From an uncultured Bacilli bacterium (GTDB taxonomy: Bacteria > Bacillota_I > Bacilli_A > RF39 > UBA660): a DNA stretch of 64,000 nucleotides. Every line of letters starts with the position of its first letter. Within the stretch, counting starts at the first letter, position 1. Both the position numbers and the translations under genes were made by a program. Below are positions 33,190 through 42,044 of the stretch, piece by piece. The notes beneath the pieces were generated by a model, which was given only the letters and a program-made list of their open reading frames with translations, made no database searches and was not told where the DNA came from. The stretch lies in contig CAKOPN010000001.1 in assembly GCA_934100165.1 (NCBI GenBank), forward strand, positions 30,279 to 94,278. The letters are read 5' to 3'.

Positions 33190-34122
33190 ATGGCTAAAAA
33201 TAATACTACGAACAATGTTGTAATACGTGTTACAGATAAAACCAAAGAAAAAATGATAAAATATTATGAAGATAAAAGAAGAGACAAAGCTATTCCATAT
33301 GTTATATTTCAAGCAAAAGACGCCGATACAGTAATAACAATGTATGAGTCTGGAAAAGTAATGTTCCAAGGAATAAGTGCTGATATAGACGCCAATATGT
33401 GGCGAGACATAGATGGTCAAAGTAAAGTAAATAAAGAAGAAGTCAAAAAAAATGATAAAAAGTACTACTACTCTTCTGCTATCGGATCTGATGAAGTAGG
33501 AACAGGAGACTACTTTGGGCCAATTGTAGTAACAAGTTGCTATGTTTCGAAAGATGATATAGAATTTGTTGAAAGCTTAGGAATCAAAGATTCAAAAAAA
33601 TTAGATGATGAAAAAATATTGAAGATAGCACCTGAGCTAATAAAAAAGATAAAATACAAAAGTTTGATAATGACAAATTCTGAATATAATGCAAAATATA
33701 GCACAAGCTACAACATAAACAAGATCAAAGCCATAATGCATAACAAAGTCCTATGGCGAATGGTCAACGAAGAACATCCAGAATATGACTATATAATAGT
33801 CGATGAATTTGCAAGAGAACAAAGATATTATGAATATTTAAACGGAAATCCTGCTATTCAAAGAAACATAACATTTATAACAAAAGCTGAAGATAAAAAC
33901 CTAGCAGTTGCTTCAGCATCAGTAATAAGTAGATATATATTTTTAAAAGAATTTGACAAAATATCAGATAGTCTTCACATTCCTCTTCCAAAAGGTGCCG
34001 GAAAAGAAGTTGATGAAATAGGAAAAGAAGTTGTAGAGACGTATGGAAAAGATAAGCTCAAAGAAATTGCAAAAATAAATTTCAAAAATACAGAAAGAAT
34101 ATTAGAACTTAGAATAATATAA
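33190..34122 (+). CDS. rnhC: Ribonuclease HIII
   Basis: N-terminal TBP-like domain plus RNase H2 fold with DEVGTGDYFGP catalytic motif. 310 aa. Confidence 0.9.
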   Translation: MAKNNTTNNVVIRVTDKTKEKMIKYYEDKRRDKAIPYVIFQAKDADTVITMYESGKVMFQGISADIDANMWRDIDGQSKVNKEEVKKNDKKYYYSSAIGSDEVGTGDYFGPIVVTSCYVSKDDIEFVESLGIKDSKKLDDEKILKIAPELIKKIKYKSLIMTNSEYNAKYSTSYNINKIKAIMHNKVLWRMVNEEHPEYDYIIVDEFAREQRYYEYLNGNPAIQRNITFITKAEDKNLAVASASVISRYIFLKEFDKISDSLHIPLPKGAGKEVDEIGKEVVETYGKDKLKEIAKINFKNTERILELRII

Positions 34123-34148
34123 AAAAGTTTCAATCAATGAAACTTTTT

Positions 34149-35951
34149 TTAATTCATAACTCTTTTAAATAATCTTTCTAATTCATAATTAGAATAAGTA
34201 ATAATTGTAGGTCTACCATGTGGGCAAGTAAATGGATTTTTAGTATTTCTAAGTCTATCAAGTAAATCTTCCATATCAGTCATCGTAATTCTATCATTTG
34301 CCTTAATACTAAGTTTGCAAGCAACAGTAGCCGCTACTCTATCTATAAATTTATAATTATCAAAATTTTCAGTAGTTATTACAATATCTATAATTTTCCT
34401 AATTGCTTCTTCAAGAGCATAACTTGGTAACCAATAAGGATGGCTCCTAATAACTACAGTATTTATACCAAACTCTTCAATATCAAATCCCATATCAGTC
34501 AAAACATTAAAGTTTTCTTTCAAAATAATAAAGTCTTTATTAGAAAGTTCTATTTTTATAGGTATCAAAAGATCAATGCTTGTATTATCGTGATTAGCAA
34601 GTTTTTCCAAATATTTTTCATAATTGATTCTTTCAGCAGCAGCGTGCTGATCTATTATAAACATGCCATCTTCATTTTCCGCAATAATATAAGTTGCATG
34701 TACAACACCAACTGGGTACATTTTCTTTATTCTGTTTTGTTCTTCAGAAATTGACACATCGTTTTCTTCTTTTGATTCATCAAAAGTTTTATTTTCAACT
34801 TCTACCACAGATGAAGGTGATGTTGAAATGTTATCAAGATTAAAAGCATACACACTAGTATTTACCTTCTTTTCTTCACTAGGAACTGTAACTTTATTGT
34901 AATCATATAGCAAATCATCTTCTTTAACATCATAGCTTTCTTTTACTTCTTCTATTTCTGGGATAAGGTTTATAGTCTCAAGTTTTGCTCGTATTGAAGA
35001 AAATATCAAACTCTTTAATGTATCAAGTTTAGAAAATTTAATATCCATTTTAGTAGGATGTATATTAACATCTATCAAAATTGGATCTGCTTCAATATTC
35101 AAAACAATTATTGGATACTTACTCTCAGGTATATAAGTATGGTAAGCCTCAATTATGGTGCGGGTTACTTCAACATTTTTAATTGCTCTTCCGTTAACTA
35201 ATATATTGATATTATTTTTAGATGATCTTGCACATTCAGGATAAGAAACATAGCCATTTATTTCGTAGTCATCATTACTATCATTTATATAAATCATCTT
35301 TTTAGTTAATTCAATTCCGTATATATTTCCGATAACTTTTAATAGGTTTCCTCTACCATCAGTATTTAGTAAACATTTTTCATTATTAGTAAGAACGAAT
35401 CTAATATTAGGAAATGAAAGTGCCATTCTATTAACATACTCAGTAATATTAGCAAGTTCAGTATATAAGTTTCTTAAGTATTTAAGTCTAACAGGTGTAT
35501 TATAAAACAAATTTTTAACAGTTATTCTAGTGCCTTTTTTAAGATCACAGTTTTTAACTTCTTTTATCACACCACCATCAATTTCTACTTCTGTTCCAAC
35601 AGTACCGTTTGATGTTTTCATATTAACCAAACTTACAGAAGCAATAGATGGAAGAGCCTCACCACGAAATCCTAAACTATTTATGTAAAATAAATCTTCG
35701 ATAGTTTTAAGCTTACTAGTAGCATGCCTAGAAAATGCAAGAACAGCATCATCTTTATCCATCCCTACCCCATCATCAATTACCGTTATTTCTTTTACAC
35801 CACTATCAATCAAATTTATTTTAATTTCCGTAGCCTTAGCATCTATTGAATTTTCAACTAGTTCTTTTACAACATTCATAGTTTTTTCAACTACTTCTCC
35901 TGCTGCAATTTTGTTAGCTAAGTCTTCACTCATTACTTCTATTTTACTCAT
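34149..35951 (-). CDS. mutL: DNA mismatch repair protein MutL (endonuclease-proficient type). Start at MSKIEV (ATG 35951, RBS ggggga)
   Basis: GHKL ATPase motifs (AAGEVVE). C-terminal DQHAAAERINYE matches the endonuclease motif DQHA(X)2E(X)4E. Confidence 0.95.
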   Translation of the reverse strand: MSKIEVMSEDLANKIAAGEVVEKTMNVVKELVENSIDAKATEIKINLIDSGVKEITVIDDGVGMDKDDAVLAFSRHATSKLKTIEDLFYINSLGFRGEALPSIASVSLVNMKTSNGTVGTEVEIDGGVIKEVKNCDLKKGTRITVKNLFYNTPVRLKYLRNLYTELANITEYVNRMALSFPNIRFVLTNNEKCLLNTDGRGNLLKVIGNIYGIELTKKMIYINDSNDDYEINGYVSYPECARSSKNNINILVNGRAIKNVEVTRTIIEAYHTYIPESKYPIIVLNIEADPILIDVNIHPTKMDIKFSKLDTLKSLIFSSIRAKLETINLIPEIEEVKESYDVKEDDLLYDYNKVTVPSEEKKVNTSVYAFNLDNISTSPSSVVEVENKTFDESKEENDVSISEEQNRIKKMYPVGVVHATYIIAENEDGMFIIDQHAAAERINYEKYLEKLANHDNTSIDLLIPIKIELSNKDFIILKENFNVLTDMGFDIEEFGINTVVIRSHPYWLPSYALEEAIRKIIDIVITTENFDNYKFIDRVAATVACKLSIKANDRITMTDMEDLLDRLRNTKNPFTCPHGRPTIITYSNYELERLFKRVMN

Positions 35952-35963
35952 TATATCCCCCAA

Positions 35964-36464
35964 TTAAATTTCTACAAAAGTTCTCTTTGCTGGATTAACT
36001 TCATATTTATATATTTTTTCTGAAATAGTGTTTCTCACTGTAACAATATATTTTCCTTCGGTTGAAACATTAACATAAAATTCAAAATTATCACTATTGA
36101 AATTAGCCATTACCATCTTTTTAGCATCTTCTTTAGAAAAATTGTATACACCTATTATATCCGCTTCAGTTACATTTTCCGCATCTTTCGGATTATTAAA
36201 TTTTTCATTTTCAGTATTTTGTTCTATATTTTCAATATTATTTTTATTGTCAGTATTATTATTTGTATTATTTTTATCACCTTTTGCACCAAGCATTAAA
36301 AAGGCAATTAAAATAGCTAAAGCAACCAACACAGTAACCAAAATTATGATTATTTTTGCCTTTTGTTCATTTGTTATTTGCCTGTTTTCTGCATTTTTTT
36401 CTTCTTTTTTCTCGTTGTTAGGTTTATTGTTTGCTTTTACTTTTTTTCCCTTTTTATTATCCAT
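35964..36464 (-). CDS. Membrane-anchored low-complexity (Lys/Asn-rich) protein; abuts the mutL start
   Basis: Single TM helix IIIILVTVLVALAILIAFLML, N/K-rich repeats. The stop is 12 nt upstream of the mutL ATG. Confidence 0.45.
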   Translation of the reverse strand: MDNKKGKKVKANNKPNNEKKEEKNAENRQITNEQKAKIIIILVTVLVALAILIAFLMLGAKGDKNNTNNNTDNKNNIENIEQNTENEKFNNPKDAENVTEADIIGVYNFSKEDAKKMVMANFNSDNFEFYVNVSTEGKYIVTVRNTISEKIYKYEVNPAKRTFVEI

Positions 36465-36518
36465 AAAGTCCTACCTTTCACAATCATAATTATACATTAT
36501 ATAAATTCCAAAGTAAAA

Positions 36519-38312
36519 TTAAGTTTCAATATTTTGAATATATTCATAAAATTCTTTGGCCACTTTTTTTCCAAGTATTTCTTCAAGCTCTTCAAGTGGT
36601 GCTTCTTTCATCTTTTTAAGTGAACCATATTTCTTTAAAAGCTCTTTTTTCCTAACCTCACCAATGCCATTTGCCATATCCAACACGCTAGAAAAAAGTC
36701 CTTTTGCTTTTATGTTTCTATGATAACTAATCGCATAATTATGTACTTCATCTTGAATCTTAGTTAAAAACAAGAATAAGTTACTTTTAGAATCAACATC
36801 TAAAGTTTTTAAATCACTATCTACTATTACATTTGTTCTGTGTTTGTCATCTTTCTTCAATCCAATTACTCGAATATCAAGATTTAATGAGTCAACAATT
36901 TCTTTAGCAACCTTTACTTGAGTTTCACCACCATCCACAATAATCAGGTCAGGTTTCTCCAAGTTTTCCATAAGAACTTTATAATATCTTCTGTATATTA
37001 CTTCTTTCATTGCAGACAAATCATCTTTTACTTCTGATGTAATCTTAAATTTGCGATAAAGGCTTTTGTTTGGTACGAAATCATCAAAAACAACCATGCC
37101 ACCAACATAGAAAGTTCCAAATAAATGCGAGTTGTCAAAAGCTTCAATTCTATGTACGTTCTTCATTTTTAAAATTTTTTCTAAATCCGCAATAGCATTT
37201 TTTCTCAAAGAATCATCTTTTTTAAGTATTTCCTCTTTTTCAAATAAAAGGGTTTTAGCATTTTCATTAGCTAAATTTAAAAGTTTCTTAATATCACCCT
37301 TTTGTGGTATAAGTACTTTTGTATTCAAGTATTTGTTCAATAACTCAGTATCAACATTTTCATTAACATATATTTCTTTTGGAATAACATTACCTTTTTC
37401 ATAGAATTTAATAATATATTCTATTATTTCTTCCTCTTTGTCTTCTACAATTGTAAATATATCAAAATGATGTCCAAAAAGAATTCCTTCTCTTATAAAA
37501 AATACTTGTACCGACAAATAGTTATTGTTTTTATAGTAGCCAAACATATCAAAATTATAATTCTTGTTTAAATCAATAGTTTGTTTAGCAAGCGTTACGT
37601 TAATATCCTCTAGCATTCTTTTATATTCAAGTGCTCTTTCAAAATTCAATTCATCGCTTGCCTTCTGCATTTTTTCTTTTAGTTTATCTACAATTACAGC
37701 TTTATTACCATTAAGGAAAGATATAATCTCGTTTTTCATTTTATCAAGTTCTTCTTTATCTATAACATTTTCCTTGCAATAGCCAAGACATTCACCAATA
37801 TGATAATAAAGACAAACATCTTTCCCCATATGATTACACTTTCTAAGAGGATAAATTCTATTTATAACCTCAACTGTATTTCTTGCAGCACTAACACAAG
37901 GGTATGGTCCAAAATATCTATTTTTATCTTTATTTTTCTTTCTATTTAAATTTCTAACAACTTTTAAAACTGGATACTTTTCATTAGAAAGCTCTATATA
38001 AGGATAGCTTTTATCATCTTTTAATAATATATTGTATTTTGGATTATATTTTTTTATAAGTGTTATCTCTAAAATTAAAGATTCAAGTTCGCTATTTGTA
38101 ACAATATACTCAAACGTTGCTATATCGTTAACTAATAGTCTAGTTTTTCCTGTTACTGTACCTGTAAAATAACTTTTAAGTCTGTTCTTCAAGTTTTTAG
38201 CTTTACCAACATATATAATTATGCCATCTTTATTCTTCATTTGATAACTTCCAGGAAGATTTGGCACTAATGCTAGTTTTTCTTTTATATGTTTTTTAGT
38301 TTTCTCGTCCAT
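36519..38312 (-). CDS. uvrC: Excinuclease ABC subunit C
   Basis: GIY-YIG N-terminus (GIIIYVGKAKNLKNRLKSYF), UvrBC domain, C-terminal HhH. Confidence 0.95.
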   Translation of the reverse strand: MDEKTKKHIKEKLALVPNLPGSYQMKNKDGIIIYVGKAKNLKNRLKSYFTGTVTGKTRLLVNDIATFEYIVTNSELESLILEITLIKKYNPKYNILLKDDKSYPYIELSNEKYPVLKVVRNLNRKKNKDKNRYFGPYPCVSAARNTVEVINRIYPLRKCNHMGKDVCLYYHIGECLGYCKENVIDKEELDKMKNEIISFLNGNKAVIVDKLKEKMQKASDELNFERALEYKRMLEDINVTLAKQTIDLNKNYNFDMFGYYKNNNYLSVQVFFIREGILFGHHFDIFTIVEDKEEEIIEYIIKFYEKGNVIPKEIYVNENVDTELLNKYLNTKVLIPQKGDIKKLLNLANENAKTLLFEKEEILKKDDSLRKNAIADLEKILKMKNVHRIEAFDNSHLFGTFYVGGMVVFDDFVPNKSLYRKFKITSEVKDDLSAMKEVIYRRYYKVLMENLEKPDLIIVDGGETQVKVAKEIVDSLNLDIRVIGLKKDDKHRTNVIVDSDLKTLDVDSKSNLFLFLTKIQDEVHNYAISYHRNIKAKGLFSSVLDMANGIGEVRKKELLKKYGSLKKMKEAPLEELEEILGKKVAKEFYEYIQNIET

Positions 38313-38358
38313 ATATATCACCAAAAATAGTATATCATATTTATTTCAATGTTAAACA

Positions 38359-39279
38359 TCACTTCTTAAGTTTAAGAAGTCTTTTTCCATTTTTTACAAC
38401 TTCACAGCTATTCATAATATGTTTAATGACTTCATCAGGAGGATCGTTATCAACGGTCAAATCAAATATTTTTACAACACTCTTTCTAGTTTCATCATCA
38501 AGTATTCCATAGGTATCCAATGTAGTGTTAATTTTTCTTTGTAGAAATTCATCTTTGTCAAAGGAAATAAGGCCTTCTTCTGACATTTGAACATCTTGAT
38601 AAAGAGCAAAAGTAGGATCTTCTAGTATATTAACTCCTAAAAGTTTTTTTAAATAAAGTGCTACTATACTAGCTCTATCGATGTTACTAGTCCAAAGAAA
38701 ATCCCCTGGAATAGTATATTTTTCTGCCGCATACATAGGATTAAAATCATATTTAATCAAAGCACTAACAGAATCGCTCCAAGTATCAAAAATCTGAATT
38801 CCATCATAGTCAATAAATTTAAAACTATTAGCTTCAGCATTATAAAAAACATTGCCATATGTACATAAGTCTGGGAAAATGATACCATGTTCATTAAGTT
38901 TTTTCACTCTACTAGCAAGAAGTAGTAAAACGTTTGAAACGTTTGAAAAAGTTTTATTTTTTTCCAATGTATCGCCAATATTAGGAAGTAAGATTTTGGG
39001 CACCGTATACCCTACTACTTCGTCATGATCCATATACATTGTATGAGGCAGTACAATATCAGTACCTACAAGTTTTTTAGAATGCAAAATTTTTCTTTCC
39101 AAGTTGAATTTAAAATCACGAAGTTCATCTTTTTCAAAAGCAGTTTCTACAATCACTTTTAAAATAAGTCCATTTTTCAAATCATAAGTAACCATACCGG
39201 AAGCAGAGTCATCCTTCGATAGCTTTAAGGCACCGTTAAGTATTTGATTGTTCCATTTATGAATCTTCAAATTATTCAT
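38359..39279 (-). CDS. Protein-kinase-like fold protein (atypical: catalytic-loop His replaced), paralog A
   Basis: FPDLCTYGNVF (catalytic loop D..N) and IDYDGIQI (DFG-equivalent). Shares these blocks with the ORF at 39985-40947. Confidence 0.5.
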   Translation of the reverse strand: MNNLKIHKWNNQILNGALKLSKDDSASGMVTYDLKNGLILKVIVETAFEKDELRDFKFNLERKILHSKKLVGTDIVLPHTMYMDHDEVVGYTVPKILLPNIGDTLEKNKTFSNVSNVLLLLASRVKKLNEHGIIFPDLCTYGNVFYNAEANSFKFIDYDGIQIFDTWSDSVSALIKYDFNPMYAAEKYTIPGDFLWTSNIDRASIVALYLKKLLGVNILEDPTFALYQDVQMSEEGLISFDKDEFLQRKINTTLDTYGILDDETRKSVVKIFDLTVDNDPPDEVIKHIMNSCEVVKNGKRLLKLKK

Positions 39280-39365
39280 ATTTGCACCCCTTAAAATTGC
39301 TCACTATTATATATCATAATCTATACTTTTGTCAAAAAATATCATATAATCAAATTGGTGAAAAA

Positions 39366-39944
39366 ATGAAAACAGTTATCAAAGAAATTACAAATGAAAT
39401 AGTTATCAATAAGTCAAGATTTATTGCGGTACTAATACCGATAAAAGAAAAAGAAAATTTAAATTTAATTTTAAATAAATTGAAAGAGAGATATAAAGAT
39501 GCTACTCACTATTGTTATGCTTATATAATGGATAATTATCAAAAAGCATCTGATGATGGTGAACCACAAAAAACTGCTGGTATGCCAATATTAAACTGTC
39601 TTGTAAAAAATAATTTAACCGACGTTTTATGTGTTGTAATAAGATACTTTGGTGGAATAAAATTAGGTGCTGGAGGATTAGTAAGAGCATACAGTAATGC
39701 TGTTAAAGAAGTCATAACAAAAAATGAAGAATCTATAAAAGAGTTAATAAATGGCTTTGAAATAATACTAGAGATACCTTATGATAAACAAAAAGATTTA
39801 GAAAGTTTATTAAGTTGTCAATATAGTAAAGAATATAGTTCATTGGTCATATATAAAATAAAGTGTAATAAAGAATTAAAAGAAAACCTGGAAAAATTAT
39901 ATTCATTAAAACAAATCAAAGAAACAAAAATTGTAATTGCATAA
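39366..39944 (+). CDS. yigZ: IMPACT/YigZ family protein (UPF0029)
   Basis: SRFIA...ATHYCYAY...DDGEP..TAG.PIL and VVIRYFGGIKLGAGGLVRAY signature. ATG at 39366 with RBS ggtga. Confidence 0.8.
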   Translation: MKTVIKEITNEIVINKSRFIAVLIPIKEKENLNLILNKLKERYKDATHYCYAYIMDNYQKASDDGEPQKTAGMPILNCLVKNNLTDVLCVVIRYFGGIKLGAGGLVRAYSNAVKEVITKNEESIKELINGFEIILEIPYDKQKDLESLLSCQYSKEYSSLVIYKIKCNKELKENLEKLYSLKQIKETKIVIA

Positions 39945-39984
39945 TAAAAATCAAGGAAAAATTTTACTTAATCCTTGATTTTTT

Positions 39985-40947
39985 CTATTTATTTGTTGAA
40001 TAAAGAAATTGTCTTTTAATAAGTTTTTTAGGTTCTGGATTTACTTGTTTGTTAGAAAACAAAGATATATAACCATCTGCAAGTTCTCTATCATTTATTC
40101 CTATGCTATCTAATGTTTCCAAGCATTTTTCCTTTAGTAACATATATTCTTCATCATCTCTTTCAACCCCAGATAATTTTTGAAATTCTGGAAGAGATGA
40201 TATATTTAAGCCTTTAGTCTTAGCAAGATATCCTACTAAAATAGAAAACGTATCTATTTCCTTAGAGTAAAGTCCTCCAGGTGCACTATATTTTGATTTA
40301 CGTAACACTGGATTTTGTTTATAAAATATATCGCTATTGATTACATTTGTTGGAACTCTACCAATTTGTAGTCCATCATAATCAATATAAGAAATTTTTC
40401 CTGTATTTCTATCATATAAAATGTTTCCAAAATTTAAGTCTGGTGCTACAACTTTTTTATCATGACATTTTTCTACTGCATTAGATAAATTCAAGAAAAA
40501 TCTATTAACTTCATCCTCAGAAGGATTAGTAGCAAAAAAGTCTAAAGCACTAGGCGTACTATCGTAATCATAATAGAAACCTTTAACATATTTTTCATCA
40601 TCAACAGCAACTTCATCTGGTGTTATTATTACACTCTCATCACGAATATCATCCGCCAATTGTAGTTTTCTTGAAGTATTATTATAATATCTTCCAAATG
40701 CAGCTTGGTATAAGAAGTTATTATGTTTAGGAGGCTTAAACATCTTGAAAGCACGTCCGTTATTTAACAAAAATAAATCCATATATACACCGTTATTAAG
40801 TTTAGTTGCACCTTGAAGTATTACTGGATTAAAATTAGTAATTTTCAAAATATCATTCTCCTTTCTTTTAAGTTCACCAAGTTGAATAAACCTGTACATT
40901 ATATCACATAAATAAAAAAAGTGCAAGTTTTTGTTAACTGCACTCAA
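39985..40947 (-). CDS. Protein-kinase-like fold protein, paralog B
   Basis: APDLNFGNILY and IDYDGLQIG blocks matching paralog A. Confidence 0.5.
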   Translation of the reverse strand: MSAVNKNLHFFYLCDIMYRFIQLGELKRKENDILKITNFNPVILQGATKLNNGVYMDLFLLNNGRAFKMFKPPKHNNFLYQAAFGRYYNNTSRKLQLADDIRDESVIITPDEVAVDDEKYVKGFYYDYDSTPSALDFFATNPSEDEVNRFFLNLSNAVEKCHDKKVVAPDLNFGNILYDRNTGKISYIDYDGLQIGRVPTNVINSDIFYKQNPVLRKSKYSAPGGLYSKEIDTFSILVGYLAKTKGLNISSLPEFQKLSGVERDDEEYMLLKEKCLETLDSIGINDRELADGYISLFSNKQVNPEPKKLIKRQFLYSTNK

Positions 40948-40965
40948 ATATTTAACTAATTTAAC

Positions 40966-41268
40966 CTATTTCATCCATTCAATAAGTTCTTCTTTTTCCA
41001 TAAGACCAACATGCTTTTTAACTGTCTTATTGTTTTCTGAAAGAAGTAATAAAGGAATTGACATAACACCATACTCTCTTGCTAAATCAGGATGTTCATC
41101 AACGTTTATTTTTACAACATTTACATTTTTATCCTCATCCACAATTTCTTCAATACTCTCACCTAGCATATTACATGGCATGCACCAGTCAGCATAGAAA
41201 TCTATAAGAACCTTTTTGTCTTTAGTTAGATCATCTAGATTCTCATCTTTTAAATAAGTAATCATTTT
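40966..41268 (-). CDS. trxA: Thioredoxin-family protein with atypical WCMPC active site (start MITYLK; the track start is at 41298)
   Basis: Thioredoxin fold length. DFYADWCMPC motif (canonical is WCGPC). Confidence 0.75.
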   Translation of the reverse strand, partial: KMITYLKDENLDDLTKDKKVLIDFYADWCMPCNMLGESIEEIVDEDKNVNVVKINVDEHPDLAREYGVMSIPLLLLSENNKTVKKHVGLMEKEELIEWMK

Positions 41269-41281
41269 TGCCTCCTTTAAT

Positions 41282-41992
41282 TTATTTATATTTATCAAGT
41301 ATACTATCTACATCATCAATTTTTAACTTACCAGAATCAACAAGCTTTTTAGCATAATCATACTTGATAACATTATACTTAAGCATAATATCAAAGCTAT
41401 TTCTATTAAATTCGCTTTTGTCTTCTTTATCTGTGAAATCATCTTTTAAGCTCACAATTTCATCAATGGCTTTTGATGTATCACCCATCATTGTTCCCAC
41501 AATTGGTGTCTTTTCAAAAATGAATGTTTTTACCTTTGATCCTTGAACTAAATCCATTCCCCATATAGGAAGTGATAATAACATAAGTATTATTGTAGCA
41601 ATGATTTCGCCTTCAATAAGACCAACTATACCTCCAAGAATCTTAGAAGGGATTCCCAAAATTATAGTACATTTCAAGATTTTTTCAACAAACTTTGAAA
41701 GTTTAACTACAATTTCATACAAAATCATAAGTATAGAAAATACTATAAAAAAGGCTATTGTCTGATAAATTACTACATTAAGAATAGTAACTCCCCTAAA
41801 TTCTCCCCAAAAATTGAAAAAAGGGAGATTGAGACTTAACCATTCTGCAATAGGATTTTTAAGAGCAAATGATAAAGAAAATACAAGGATAATCCCTACA
41901 AAGGACACCACACTTCTTATAAATCCATTCTTAAACCCATATACTCCAAACATAAGTATAAATAATATTATTATTGCATCAACTATATTCAT
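41282..41992 (-). CDS. cvpA: CvpA-family membrane protein with C-terminal soluble extension
   Basis: N-terminus MNIVDAIIILFILMFGVYGFKNGFIRSVVSFVGIILVFSLSF, typical of CvpA. 4-5 TM segments. Confidence 0.65.
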   Translation of the reverse strand: MNIVDAIIILFILMFGVYGFKNGFIRSVVSFVGIILVFSLSFALKNPIAEWLSLNLPFFNFWGEFRGVTILNVVIYQTIAFFIVFSILMILYEIVVKLSKFVEKILKCTIILGIPSKILGGIVGLIEGEIIATIILMLLSLPIWGMDLVQGSKVKTFIFEKTPIVGTMMGDTSKAIDEIVSLKDDFTDKEDKSEFNRNSFDIMLKYNVIKYDYAKKLVDSGKLKIDDVDSILDKYK

Positions 41993-42044
41993 ATCTTACT
42001 CCTACTACAATTATATTATACTTTTGAGACTGTTATTAGTCAAA

